This document shows positions 26,937 to 36,252 of a stretch of 64,000 nt of DNA, in pieces (position 1 is the stretch's first letter; every line of letters begins with the position of its first letter). The translations under genes and the position numbers were made by a program. The stretch lies in NCBI GenBank assembly GCA_964545575.1, contig CAZJFL010000003.1, forward strand, positions 55,000-118,999. Reading direction: 5' to 3'. A model generated the notes under the pieces. The model had not been told where the DNA came from and made no database searches. It was given only the letters and a program-made list of their open reading frames with translations. The DNA comes from an uncultured Planctomycetales bacterium. GTDB taxonomy: Bacteria; Omnitrophota; Gorgyraeia; Gygaellales; Profunditerraquicolaceae.

Positions 26937-28192
26937 TTTCCCGCCTCCAGCTTTGCTCTTTTAATGGATTGAACCAGCTTTCTATTTGCCGGACAGACAT
27001 AGTCGCACAAACCGCATTCAATACAATCCAGGGCGCCGTAATTTTTTGCCTGCGGCCAAAGCCATTTTTCAGAGGCTAGATTAATCAGGCAAGGCATCAG
27101 CCCCACCGGGCATTCCCGCACACAGGCTCCGCAGCGAATGCAGAATTCTTCCTCTTTTTCTTGGGCTTCTTTTTTGTTTAATAAAATCACGCCCCCGGTG
27201 GATTTTATCGCCGGGACTTCATCGGTATACTGGGCGATACCCATCATCGGGCCGCCGATAATAATTTTTACCGGCTCTTCTTTTAAGGGGCCGCAAAAGG
27301 CGATTAAATCTTTGACCGGGGTACCCAAACGCACCAATAAATTTCTGGGGTTGGCGATACAACTTCCGGTTACGGTAACTACGCGTTCATATAAGGGCTT
27401 ATTCTTATAAACTGCTTCGTAAATGGCAAAAACCGTAGCCACGTTTTGCACCACTGCCCCGACATCAAAAGGTAATTTTCCCGAAGGAACTTCCCTCTTG
27501 AGGATTTTCTTAATCAGCTGCTTTTCCCCTCCCTGCGGATAAGCACTTTTTAGGACCTTTACCCTGAACCCTGAACCCTGAACCCTGAATTTTTCTATCG
27601 CCTGCGGTTTATTATCCTCTATGACAATATAAATAAACTTTGCCTTTAAACATTTTGCGACAAGTTCGATGCCGGAAAAAATTTCTTCTGTCTTCTCAAG
27701 CATCAACCGGTAATCGCTGGTCAGATACGGCTCGCATTCTGCGCCGTTGATGATTAAACTATCTACCGGCTTCGGAGGGTTAAGTTTAACCTGGGTGGGA
27801 AAACAGGCACCACCCATGCCGACTATACCTGCCTCGCGGATGATCTTGCGGATTTGCTCAGGGCTCTGGGCGGGAAGCTCGGCGCCAGGAGCTAAGAGTT
27901 TATCCTCTCCGTCATTTTCAATCACTATCGCCTTACATCTGCCTAAAACCGGATGCGGCCAATCCTGGATAGCCGTAACTTTTCCGGATAGCGAAGCATG
28001 GATAGGCGCAGAAATATTGGCTTCGACACTAGCGATCTGCTGGCCAAGAGACACTATATCCCCGACATTTACCAGCGGTAAACAGGCCTTACCCATATGC
28101 TGCACCAAGGGTAAATAAACCTTAGGCGGTAAAGGAAATTTTTCAATAGGCTTATCTAAACTTAGGTGTTTCTGCTCTTCTAGTCTAACCAT
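26933..28192 (-). CDS. rnfC: Rnf complex subunit C
   Basis: AGIVGMGGA.FPT, NGAECEPY, YPQGGEK, GGPMMG, two ferredoxin motifs. Confidence 0.93.
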   Translation of the reverse strand: MVRLEEQKHLSLDKPIEKFPLPPKVYLPLVQHMGKACLPLVNVGDIVSLGQQIASVEANISAPIHASLSGKVTAIQDWPHPVLGRCKAIVIENDGEDKLLAPGAELPAQSPEQIRKIIREAGIVGMGGACFPTQVKLNPPKPVDSLIINGAECEPYLTSDYRLMLEKTEEIFSGIELVAKCLKAKFIYIVIEDNKPQAIEKFRVQGSGFRVKVLKSAYPQGGEKQLIKKILKREVPSGKLPFDVGAVVQNVATVFAIYEAVYKNKPLYERVVTVTGSCIANPRNLLVRLGTPVKDLIAFCGPLKEEPVKIIIGGPMMGIAQYTDEVPAIKSTGGVILLNKKEAQEKEEEFCIRCGACVRECPVGLMPCLINLASEKWLWPQAKNYGALDCIECGLCDYVCPANRKLVQSIKRAKLEAGK

Positions 28193-29439
28193 GGGATCCT
28201 GCGGTGATAGATGAGATTTAGAAAACCTAAAATGCTGAATACGCCTCCGACGATAACCAGGATTAAAACGTGGGATATTCTTTCCGCCAGGATGCTGCTT
28301 AAGAACATAAATAATAAAAATCCCAGATGCATCACAATTTCCAGGGAACTGAAAATCTTTCCCATCATGTGGGTCTCGCTGACATTATGGATGATGGTAT
28401 TGGAAGCGATCATAATCGGCGAAACCAAGAACCCCAGCAGAAAAGAAAGGAGTGCCGCGATTAAAAAATAAGGATGATTCTGTAGGACCAGGGCAAAAAC
28501 AACCAGCATTATGCCGCTGGAAACCAGGGAAGCAAATATTATTTTATAACGGGACAGACGCTGGCCGAGGAGGCCGTAAATAAGCGAGCCCAAGAATAAG
28601 CCGATACCTAAAAACATAATCAACAGCCCTAAATCTTTAGTAGCGGAATGCAGGGTCTTCTGCACAAAGACAATCAAAACTACGTAAACCGCTCCCAATG
28701 CCGACCATAAAGCAAAAATGATAGCCGCAGTGAAGCGGATGTCTTTTTTGGTAATAAAATAAAGGATCCCTTCTTTTACTTCCTGTAATACGGATTTCCT
28801 GATCACCTCGACTATCTCCCGGCCGACCTTTTTAATATTCAAGGATGAGAGGGCCGCTCCTTTCTTGACAATAAGAAAAATGAAGGTCCCTGAGACCAGA
28901 AAGCTTAAGGCATCCAGATAAAAACCGCTTTTTGCCCCCAGCCACTCCACTATCACGCCGCTTACGCCGAAACCCAGTATCGCTGCAATCATACCGGTAG
29001 TATTCACCAAAGAATTGGCCATCAGCAGGTCTTTCTCTTTGACCAAGTCCGGGATTATGGATAATTTGGCGGGAATAAAAAACCTGCCCAGGGAGAAGGT
29101 AACGAATATGATCATGTATATGGGAATTAAGCTCTTGGCATAAAATAAAAAGAAGGGTATGGTAAAGACCAAGGCCGCTCTTAAGAAATCGCAGACATAC
29201 ATGGTGCGGCGCCTGTCCCACCTGTCTACGTATACCCCGGCAATCGGGCCGATCAAAAATACCGGGATAATGGTAAAAGAGAGGATTTTGGCAATCTCCC
29301 ACGCTGAACCCGGAGCCCTCAAATATACGAAGGCAATTAAGGCCATCTGGTCGAGCCGGTCTCCTAATTGGGAGATAATCTGGCCAGTCCACAGAAAAAA
29401 GAAATTGCGATTTTTTAAAACTTCGTTGAACTTAGACAT
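28180..29439 (-). CDS. MFS transporter (DHA3-like)
   Basis: W.GQ.IS.LGD, G..VDRWDRR, about 12 TM segments. Confidence 0.85.
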   Translation of the reverse strand: MSKFNEVLKNRNFFFLWTGQIISQLGDRLDQMALIAFVYLRAPGSAWEIAKILSFTIIPVFLIGPIAGVYVDRWDRRRTMYVCDFLRAALVFTIPFFLFYAKSLIPIYMIIFVTFSLGRFFIPAKLSIIPDLVKEKDLLMANSLVNTTGMIAAILGFGVSGVIVEWLGAKSGFYLDALSFLVSGTFIFLIVKKGAALSSLNIKKVGREIVEVIRKSVLQEVKEGILYFITKKDIRFTAAIIFALWSALGAVYVVLIVFVQKTLHSATKDLGLLIMFLGIGLFLGSLIYGLLGQRLSRYKIIFASLVSSGIMLVVFALVLQNHPYFLIAALLSFLLGFLVSPIMIASNTIIHNVSETHMMGKIFSSLEIVMHLGFLLFMFLSSILAERISHVLILVIVGGVFSILGFLNLIYHRRIPWLD

Positions 29440-29475
29440 AGTATATTATACCGTGCAGTGCACGGCTTAAATTTA

Positions 29476-29548
29476 AGCCGACGGGGGGAGTCGAACCCTC
29501 GACCTAGTGTTTACGAAACACTTGCTCTACCAACTGAGCTACGTCGGC
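29476..29548 (-). tRNA. tRNA-Thr(CGT), CCA not encoded
   Basis: GCCGACG acceptor stem, AGCTCAGTTGGTAGAGC D arm, AGTGT-TTCGTAA-ACACT anticodon arm, GGTTCGACT T arm. Confidence 0.95.
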
Positions 29549-29560
29549 ACAAGTTATACT

Positions 29561-29588
29561 ATTATATCAATTTTTTGGGAATAGTCAA
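29561..29588 (-). promoter_or_regulatory. sigma70 promoter of tRNA-Thr
   Basis: TTGACT-16 nt-TATAAT with TG extension. Confidence 0.6.
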
Positions 29589-29601
29589 CCTGAGGGGGAG
29601 G

Positions 29602-30507
29602 TTAGAATTTATGCTGGACTAAATAGCGGGAAGCTGAGAGTGCCGCCTTTGCCCCTTCTCCGGCAGCGATGATAATCTGTTTTTCGACAACGTCAGTCAC
29701 ATCTCCGGCGGCAAAGATACCAGGGATACTGGTTTCGTTACGGGAATTAACTTTTATCTCCGAATAATTATTTTTTTCTATAATTTTGGCAAATCCGGAA
29801 TTAGGAATAAGCCCGACTTCCACAAATACGCCCTGTACTGCAAGAACCTCATCTTTGCCTTCTTTCTTTATCTTAATCCCGCTTACGAATTTGTCCCCTA
29901 AGATAGCGGTAATTTCAGTATTATGCATCGCCGTGGCAATTTTGCTGTTATTTATACTCTCCTGCATTACGGCATCGCCGCTAAATTCAGAAGTTATGTT
30001 AATGATGTAAACTTTACGGGCTATCCGCATCAACTGTATCGCCGCATCTAAAGCAGAATTGCCCCCTCCGATCACCGCTACGTCTTTGCCGGCAAATAGC
30101 GGGCCGTCGCAGGTGGCGCAATAAGTCACCCCCCGGTTTTTAAACTCTTTTTCTCCCGGCACGTTCAATTCTCTTGAGCTTTTGCCGGAAGCAATGATCG
30201 CGGCTTTCACTTCATAGGCGCCTTTATCGGTCTTAACCGTGATTTTATTATCTACCTTTTGTATATCGGTTACGGATTCCCCTTCTTGAAGCTGAATATC
30301 GAACTTACGCAGATGCTCTTCGAACTTAGCTGCCAGGTCCGGGCCGGTAATGAACTGGTATCCGGTATAATTCTCGATATCCCCGCTCCAGGCTGCCTGG
30401 CCGCCGATATCCTTGGTGATTACTAAGACGTTCAGTTTTTTACGCGCGGCGTAGACGCTGGCGGTTATCCCCGCCGGCCCTGCCCCGATGATAATTAGGT
30501 CATACAT
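29602..30507 (-). CDS. trxB: Thioredoxin reductase (AhpF C-terminal-like)
   Basis: GAGPAG, CATC, GGGNSA, FAAGD. Confidence 0.88.
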   Translation of the reverse strand: MYDLIIIGAGPAGITASVYAARKKLNVLVITKDIGGQAAWSGDIENYTGYQFITGPDLAAKFEEHLRKFDIQLQEGESVTDIQKVDNKITVKTDKGAYEVKAAIIASGKSSRELNVPGEKEFKNRGVTYCATCDGPLFAGKDVAVIGGGNSALDAAIQLMRIARKVYIINITSEFSGDAVMQESINNSKIATAMHNTEITAILGDKFVSGIKIKKEGKDEVLAVQGVFVEVGLIPNSGFAKIIEKNNYSEIKVNSRNETSIPGIFAAGDVTDVVEKQIIIAAGEGAKAALSASRYLVQHKF

Positions 30508-30510
30508 ATT

Positions 30511-30747
30511 TTAAATTCCCAACGTTTGTTTTATTCTGTCTTTGTCAAACCCGACGATGATTTCACCCTCAATATCTATGACTGGCACGCCCATCTGGCC
30601 GGATTTTTCCACCATCTCATCTGCTTTAACCTTATCAGAAGAGACGTCGTAATTGGTGAATTGTATGTTATTTTCTTTTAAGAATTGCTTTGCCCGGATA
30701 CAATAAGGGCAGGTCGGGGTACTGTAAACTAATACGTTCTTAGCCAT
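30511..30747 (-). CDS. Glutaredoxin-like protein (NrdH/YruB type)
   Basis: CPYC, GQMGVPV. Confidence 0.9.
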   Translation of the reverse strand: MAKNVLVYSTPTCPYCIRAKQFLKENNIQFTNYDVSSDKVKADEMVEKSGQMGVPVIDIEGEIIVGFDKDRIKQTLGI

Positions 30748-31219
30748 CTTGTTTCTCCTCTTTTAAGTGTTGCGGGGTGAGATCAACCACTTCTTCCACC
30801 TGCATCATGATCAGATATTGCGGCAGGGGAAGTAACGACTCCGGATGCCGTGGATGGCCCTTCTCTCCCCGTAAGTTTCTTAAGACTCTCTGCGTCAGAC
30901 GGCTGGCTATCCTCTGCTCCCATGCGCTTTTAATCTCCGGGCTTAAGTTTCTGACTAGCAATACTCTTGCTTTACCCTTTAGGCAGTAACCTTTGAATCT
31001 ATGTTCGTCAACCGCGGTCAGGCTAATATTCTTATTGCGCTTAAGATTACTGAAGGTCTCACGCAGATAAAGGTCAAGCAGGTATACCCTACCGTTTTCA
31101 TTTATTTTTATCAGGTCTTTGCAGGCGCTATGCGGACGGCCGCGGTTATCGAGGGTTGAAACAATCACAAACCCCTGGTCCTGGAAAAACCTGACTACAT
31201 TGTCGGATAATCTCGGCAT
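30740..31219 (-). CDS. Pyridoxamine 5'-phosphate oxidase-like FMN-binding protein
   Basis: VSTLD..GRPH, T..NL..N, GY.LKG.A. Confidence 0.7.
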   Translation of the reverse strand: MPRLSDNVVRFFQDQGFVIVSTLDNRGRPHSACKDLIKINENGRVYLLDLYLRETFSNLKRNKNISLTAVDEHRFKGYCLKGKARVLLVRNLSPEIKSAWEQRIASRLTQRVLRNLRGEKGHPRHPESLLPLPQYLIMMQVEEVVDLTPQHLKEEKQDG

Positions 31220-31659
31220 TAAAGTTCTTGCTCAGCAATCCAGCGGCCGTGGATATTGCAATTTTCCAAAGCCAGCAGTTTTCCGGAAGCGGCTTTTAAA
31301 TGTATTCCTAAAATCGGATTCAGTTTATCCGCAGTCATATGGTAACGCGCAATAAAAGCAGAATCAAGGTAAACATCAATATACATAATATAGTGCTTCT
31401 CTTCCATGACGTGCAGGATTTCTCCTACCTTGATATGCACATCAGTACATCCCGGGCCGGCTAAACCGCAGGTCTTGTTGATTTTTATCGCCGGGATATG
31501 CTTCTTTTCCAATTCAGTTAGATTTTGGGGGTCAGCGGGTTTCTTGATTGCGCTGTTATCGAGTTGGAAGGCTTCTTTTTTTGCGCCACACACCGGACAG
31601 GCATCCGGAGCCTGGCCAAAAGCCACGTACCCGCATTTTCCGCAGACAAAAGTATCCAT
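31219..31659 (-). CDS. Superoxide reductase with N-terminal rubredoxin-like domain
   Basis: CGKCG...CPVCG; EKKHIP, H.MEEKHYI, CNIHG. Confidence 0.88.
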   Translation of the reverse strand: MDTFVCGKCGYVAFGQAPDACPVCGAKKEAFQLDNSAIKKPADPQNLTELEKKHIPAIKINKTCGLAGPGCTDVHIKVGEILHVMEEKHYIMYIDVYLDSAFIARYHMTADKLNPILGIHLKAASGKLLALENCNIHGRWIAEQEL

Positions 31660-31674
31660 TTTCTCCTCCTTTTA

Positions 31675-31836
31675 ATGAGCAGACAACTTATGGAACACGA
31701 AGTGCGACATAAGTTGTAGCATCGCTATTAAATTTCTATTGCGTCTGCGAATTAATATCCCGCCCGCTCATACTTTGCTTGCGGGATAAAACAACAGATA
31801 ACTGTCGTGCTGCGCACTCCATAAGTTATGGCCTCA
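31675..31836. repeat. Hairpin repeat family B, two copies in opposite orientation
   Basis: atgagcagacaacttatgga...cgacataagttgtagc (about 31675-31720) and reverse tgaggccataacttatggagtgcgcagcacgac (about 31797-31836). Confidence 0.6.
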
Positions 31837-31995
31837 CTTAATCTCCTCGAACATATCTTTACCTACGCCGCATTCCGGACAGACCCAGGAATCGGGAAGA
31901 TTTTCAAAAGCTGTTCCGGGCGCAATCCCCTGCGTAGAATCCCCGACTGCCGGATCATAAATATACCCGCAGACCGTGCAACGGTATTTTGCCAT
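31834..31995 (-). CDS. Rubredoxin (53 aa, below the ORF-track cutoff)
   Basis: [19 protein letters not shown]...[28 protein letters not shown]. Confidence 0.95.
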   Translation of the reverse strand: MAKYRCTVCGYIYDPAVGDSTQGIAPGTAFENLPDSWVCPECGVGKDMFEEIK

Positions 31996-32004
31996 TACCC
32001 CCCC

Positions 32005-33192
32005 CTATTTAATTTGCCGGGCAAAGTTTTTCCCGAATTCGTAACAGCGCTGCATTTCATTTTTATCCGGGACATATTGAACGCCTAAACCCGGCTGGGT
32101 AACTTCTATTCCCGTGTCTTTGAGAATATTTTCTATATTCTTAACTGCGCCCCCTGCCCAGCCAAAGGAACCAAAGACAGAGGCAATCCTGTTTTTAGGC
32201 TTTAAGCCTTTTAAAAATTCCAGGAACCCCGCAATAGAAGTAAGCATATCATTATCGTGGGTAGAGGAACCGATGATGTAGCCCTGAGCATCCAGCATCT
32301 CCTTAATCACCTCGGTGCGGTCAGAGGCAGCGATGTCGAAAAGTTTTAGGCTTATGCCGGAGCTGATCACTCCTTCGGCGATGGCCCGAGCCATCTTCTC
32401 GGTTGCGCCCCACATAGTTTCATATACCACTACCACTTTAGGCTTAGTCTGATTGTTCCCCCAGGAAAGATAGGCATTGATAATCTTGCCGGGGTCTTTA
32501 CGCCAGATAATCCCGTGGCTGGGCGCGATCATCTTAATAGGAATGCCCATTTTCTTTACTTCTTCGATCTTCTTTACTACTAAAGCGCTTAGCGGCCAGA
32601 GGATATTGCCGTAATATTTTGCCGCCTCCTCCATCAGCGCGCAATGATCAATTTCATCATCGAACCTTTCGGAGGTCGCGTAATGCTGGCCAAAGGCATC
32701 GTTAGGCAAGAGAATCGCGTCTTCCAAAACGTAAGTAAACATGCTATCCGGCCAGTGCAACATCGGCGCCTCTAAAAAAGTAAGCGTCCTTTTGCCTAAT
32801 TTTAGCTGATCGCCGGTTTTAAGGGTCTGGAAATCCCAGTTTTCGTAATAATGCTTATAAAGGCCTTCTTTACATTTTGCCGTGCCTAAAACTTTGGCTT
32901 TGGGGCATAATTTCATCAGCTCTGGCATCGCTCCGGAGTGGTCAGTCTCTACGTGATTGGCAATCACATAGTCGATTTTTTCCGGAGGAATAATTTCCCT
33001 GATTCTTTCGATGAGCTCTTCTGAAAAAGGCCCGTAAACCGTATCCACCAAGGCAACCTTTTCATCCAGGATTAAATAAGCGTTGTAGGTGGTGCCTCTT
33101 TTAGTAGTGTAGGTGTGGCCGTGAAAATTCCGCACGTTCCAGTCTACCGCCCCCACCCAGAATATATTTTCTGCAATCTCTGTCTTTGCCAT
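32005..33192 (-). CDS. fprA: Flavodiiron protein FprA (O2/NO reductase)
   Basis: GTTYNAY, NHVETDH, HWPD, NDAFGQH, PSHG, C-terminal flavodoxin domain. Confidence 0.92.
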   Translation of the reverse strand: MAKTEIAENIFWVGAVDWNVRNFHGHTYTTKRGTTYNAYLILDEKVALVDTVYGPFSEELIERIREIIPPEKIDYVIANHVETDHSGAMPELMKLCPKAKVLGTAKCKEGLYKHYYENWDFQTLKTGDQLKLGKRTLTFLEAPMLHWPDSMFTYVLEDAILLPNDAFGQHYATSERFDDEIDHCALMEEAAKYYGNILWPLSALVVKKIEEVKKMGIPIKMIAPSHGIIWRKDPGKIINAYLSWGNNQTKPKVVVVYETMWGATEKMARAIAEGVISSGISLKLFDIAASDRTEVIKEMLDAQGYIIGSSTHDNDMLTSIAGFLEFLKGLKPKNRIASVFGSFGWAGGAVKNIENILKDTGIEVTQPGLGVQYVPDKNEMQRCYEFGKNFARQIK

Positions 33193-33207
33193 ATTTTATT
33201 GCCCCTT

Positions 33208-33918
33208 TTAATAACCGATAAAATTTTCTATTCTTAAATTTTCCTTCTTTGCCCCTGCCTCTAAACTAACAGCCTGCATTGCCTCGACCATTTTAGGGGG
33301 CCCGAAAATAAATAAAATGCGGTTTTCTAGATCGGGGATCTCTGCCCTGATAAAATCCTTGTCTATCCTGCCGAATATACAGGACTTATCCTTAGGCTGG
33401 TAATCTGTAACTAAGTAGCTTATTTTAAAGTTTTTATTCAATGAACGCCAGTAATCTAATTCTTTTTTAAAGGCGATTTCTTCTTCCGTGCGGTTAGAAT
33501 AAATCAGGCAGAGATCCGTCTCTATTTTTTTATCCGCTATATACTCGATTATGGAAATGACCGGAGTAATCCCTATCCCGCCGATAAGAAAAGCTATTTT
33601 TCCATATTCTTCTTTAAAGACGCAAGCCCCTAGCGGCGCGTTTATTACGATTTCATCCAGAGGCTTTAAGTCTTTTAGCGCTTGCGAAAACTTGCTTTCG
33701 CTTAATCTTTTAGTCACCTCGACATAGTCATGAGCGGGAGAACAGGAAAAAGAAAGGTATTTATTCAGCTCTTTATTGCCGGGGTTATCCGGATCAAAGA
33801 CCAGCTGCAGGAACTGCCCGGGGATAAAGCTTATTTTTTTCTTCGGCAGAAAGCGGAAACTTTCTACACTTGGCGTTCTCCTGATGCGCTGGCTAAATTT
33901 TACCTTTAATAATCCCAT
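33208..33918 (-). CDS. FNR-like FAD/NAD(P)-binding oxidoreductase
   Basis: FIPGQF, GGIGITP, YSNR, FGPPKMV, ENFIGY; start moved to ATG 33918. Confidence 0.85.
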   Translation of the reverse strand: MGLLKVKFSQRIRRTPSVESFRFLPKKKISFIPGQFLQLVFDPDNPGNKELNKYLSFSCSPAHDYVEVTKRLSESKFSQALKDLKPLDEIVINAPLGACVFKEEYGKIAFLIGGIGITPVISIIEYIADKKIETDLCLIYSNRTEEEIAFKKELDYWRSLNKNFKISYLVTDYQPKDKSCIFGRIDKDFIRAEIPDLENRILFIFGPPKMVEAMQAVSLEAGAKKENLRIENFIGY

Positions 33919-33934
33919 TCTTCTCGTTAAGTAA

Positions 33935-34336
33935 TCAGCGATTCGTTGAAGCACCGGAACTGCCACACTTCATCATGCCCTTGTTGCCTTCAGGCATCAT
34001 CCCCTGGTTTTTGGCCGCGGCTTGGCCTTGCATCCGCATCATACCTTGCCCCTGCCGCTGCATCATGCCCGGCCCCATCATCCCCGGCCTATGAGACCCC
34101 ATTATCTTGTGCATCATCGGATACATCATCGCTGGCCTTCCGGTAGAAAGCGTATAAGCCCCTGCCGAAAAAACCAATGCTGCCGCCAGCCAAAGCAGCG
34201 CTGCCACCACATAACCAAAGGCTTTTAACCCTTGCGTTTCAATTTTACGCATGGCAAACAAAACAAAGAAACTGATCGTCAATAACACTGCTGCCGGAAT
34301 AACCGCAAACAACCCCGCTATCCTTAAGCCTTCCAT
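33935..34336 (-). CDS. Hypothetical 2-TM protein with Met/Gly-rich tail
   Basis: GGAGG SD before ATG 34336; two hydrophobic helices; MM-rich tail ending GMMKCG. Confidence 0.7.
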   Translation of the reverse strand: MEGLRIAGLFAVIPAAVLLTISFFVLFAMRKIETQGLKAFGYVVAALLWLAAALVFSAGAYTLSTGRPAMMYPMMHKIMGSHRPGMMGPGMMQRQGQGMMRMQGQAAAKNQGMMPEGNKGMMKCGSSGASTNR

Positions 34337-34352
34337 CTGCCACCTCCTCTTA

Positions 34353-34403
34353 ATGAGCGGACAATTTATGGAGCTCTCAAAGAACGACATAAATTGTAGC
34401 TCA
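34353..34403. repeat. Hairpin repeat family B, third copy
   Basis: atgagcggacaatttatgga...cgacataaattgtagc, with a compensatory change relative to the 31675 copy. Confidence 0.6.
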
Positions 34404-34406
34404 GAG

Positions 34407-34625
34407 CTATTTAATTATTGAAGCGTCCGCGAATTTACACTCCCTTGCCGCCTTACACCAGTCAACACAACTGGGTAACCTCTCCCTGCAGGCCAAACTC
34501 TTGCATCTCGGGCACCTTGCCTTTATTTCATCGGAAAAAATCTCTATCTCGTATCCGCAGTCCGGACACTCTAGCAGCTCTGCTTTTAGTTTCCGATCAT
34601 CCTGCCCGGGGCATTTATTGATCAT
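34407..34625 (-). CDS. Small Cys-rich zinc-ribbon/Fe-binding protein
   Basis: CPGQD, CPDCG, CPRC, CVDWC..A..C. Confidence 0.7.
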   Translation of the reverse strand: MINKCPGQDDRKLKAELLECPDCGYEIEIFSDEIKARCPRCKSLACRERLPSCVDWCKAARECKFADASIIK

Positions 34626-34626
34626 T

Positions 34627-35031
34627 TTAATTTTTCCTTAATAAAGAAGCTAAGTTTATAGATTTTAACTGTGAAAACACATATTTTTCTATGGAACCTA
34701 TTTTTCTTCTTAAGGCGCAGGTATGCACATTGGAACAGGGTACTTTCTTAAAAACACACTCATTCAGGCTAAGCGGCCCCTGGAAAATCTCTATTAAATC
34801 TACCAGGAATATTTTACGGGCCTCTTTGGCTAACCGGAAACCTCCGCCCTGGCCTTTGTGAGATTGCAGGATCCCTTTTTTATTTAAGACCTGCAGGATC
34901 TTGCGCAAAAAAGGCCGCGGCATCTTTAAATCTTCAACTAGTTCAGAAACCGGGACTGTTTTTTTCTTGTGCCTAGCGATAAAACATAACGCCCTTAAGG
35001 CGTAATCTGTGTCTCTGGTGATTAATTTCAT
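34627..35031 (-). CDS. Rrf2 family transcriptional regulator
   Basis: DYALRAL, G.GGGF.L, three C-terminal Cys. Confidence 0.9.
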   Translation of the reverse strand: MKLITRDTDYALRALCFIARHKKKTVPVSELVEDLKMPRPFLRKILQVLNKKGILQSHKGQGGGFRLAKEARKIFLVDLIEIFQGPLSLNECVFKKVPCSNVHTCALRRKIGSIEKYVFSQLKSINLASLLRKN

Positions 35032-35035
35032 TACC

Positions 35036-35066
35036 CAAATGATACCATATTTGTATCATTTGTCAA
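35036..35066 (-). promoter_or_regulatory. Rrf2 promoter with overlapping 10-7-10 palindromic operator
   Basis: CAAATGATAC-catattt-GTATCATTTG overlaps TTGACA-16 nt-TATCAT. Confidence 0.7.
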
Positions 35067-35074
35067 GGAAAATT

Positions 35075-36235
35075 TTAAAAAATCAAATTAAAGAGATAAC
35101 CGATAAGTACGACTTGCGGGACAGTGATTACAGGCATCCATAAGGCGGTGCGCCGGCCGACATTAGTCCAAAGCAGGCCAATTTCGGTATAATCCGTAGC
35201 CACGCCGGCCATTAAAAAAACAAAGCTATTGCCCAGCGCGCCTGTTTGGCGGTAAATTTCAAAGGCCAGCGGAGATGACCCCTCGGAACAGACCTCTATG
35301 ACTGTAGCCAAGGCTAAGGTAACTAGCAGCCCCAATAGCGTCGGGCCCATAAACTTATGGAAGAAATGCACCGGAATATATGCGCCGGCTAAACTAGCTA
35401 TGGCGAGGCCCAAAATAATCCACCAAAGGACCATCTCAGAAAGCGCCCAAGTCCCGATAAGGACGCCTTTAAAATCACTGGCTATATTAGCCAAGTTGAA
35501 TTTATAATTCCTGGAACGCGCCTTAATATCATCAAGAATCGAAAACTTTTCCGGAACCTCTACGATATTCTTATTTTTTTCAATCAGCCCCTTCTTCTCC
35601 AGAAATATAAAGATAAAGCCTGTATTAATAGCGACGATAAGCGCAGCGATAATTATAAACAAGCCTTTGAAACCAAAAAACCCGACCAGCATTACCGTAA
35701 TCGTAAAGTTTGCCCAGGGGCTAGCCAGAAGAAAACTCACCACCGCCGGATTAGAAGCCCCCTTCTTATGTATCTGCATGGAGATGGCAAGTATGCCGTG
35801 GCTGCAGGCGCTCATTAGGAAACCCAAAAAAACGGCATTAAATATAGCGGAGGGTTTTTTCTGGGCAAGCATTTTAGAGATGTATTCCCGCGGGATATAA
35901 TAGTCAATAATCCCGCCTAAAAATAAACCTAAGGCCACTGCCCACCAGATCTTTTTTAAATAATCTAAAAACGCCCTGCGGAAAGGTTCTAAAAAGGGGA
36001 GGAAAAGAGAAACTAAGAGCAGAATTAAAACTGCGCTGCTGGTGATAAACAGCCTGTTTTTAAAAATGGACTGTTTTTTTGCTACAGAACAAACAGCCGC
36101 ATCCCTTATTCTCTCCTGTTGGATAAATTTATCCCGGCAATGCGTACTGCAGAAAAAATACTCCTGGCCACGATGAACCACCCTGAGGCCGCTTTTAGAA
36201 TCTACTTCCATCCCGCAGATCGGGTCTTTCGGCAT
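35075..36235 (-). CDS. YHS domain + DUF318/ArsP-like permease
   Basis: KDPICGM...YFFCS..C, ACSHG, EVCSEG. Confidence 0.8.
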   Translation of the reverse strand: MPKDPICGMEVDSKSGLRVVHRGQEYFFCSTHCRDKFIQQERIRDAAVCSVAKKQSIFKNRLFITSSAVLILLLVSLFLPFLEPFRRAFLDYLKKIWWAVALGLFLGGIIDYYIPREYISKMLAQKKPSAIFNAVFLGFLMSACSHGILAISMQIHKKGASNPAVVSFLLASPWANFTITVMLVGFFGFKGLFIIIAALIVAINTGFIFIFLEKKGLIEKNKNIVEVPEKFSILDDIKARSRNYKFNLANIASDFKGVLIGTWALSEMVLWWIILGLAIASLAGAYIPVHFFHKFMGPTLLGLLVTLALATVIEVCSEGSSPLAFEIYRQTGALGNSFVFLMAGVATDYTEIGLLWTNVGRRTALWMPVITVPQVVLIGYLFNLIF

Positions 36236-36252
36236 CTCTTATAGCCTCTCTG

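Noticed and set aside
29476-35066. Integrative element at tRNA-Thr
   Set aside because: No integrase, and no duplicated tRNA 3' end was seen in the window.
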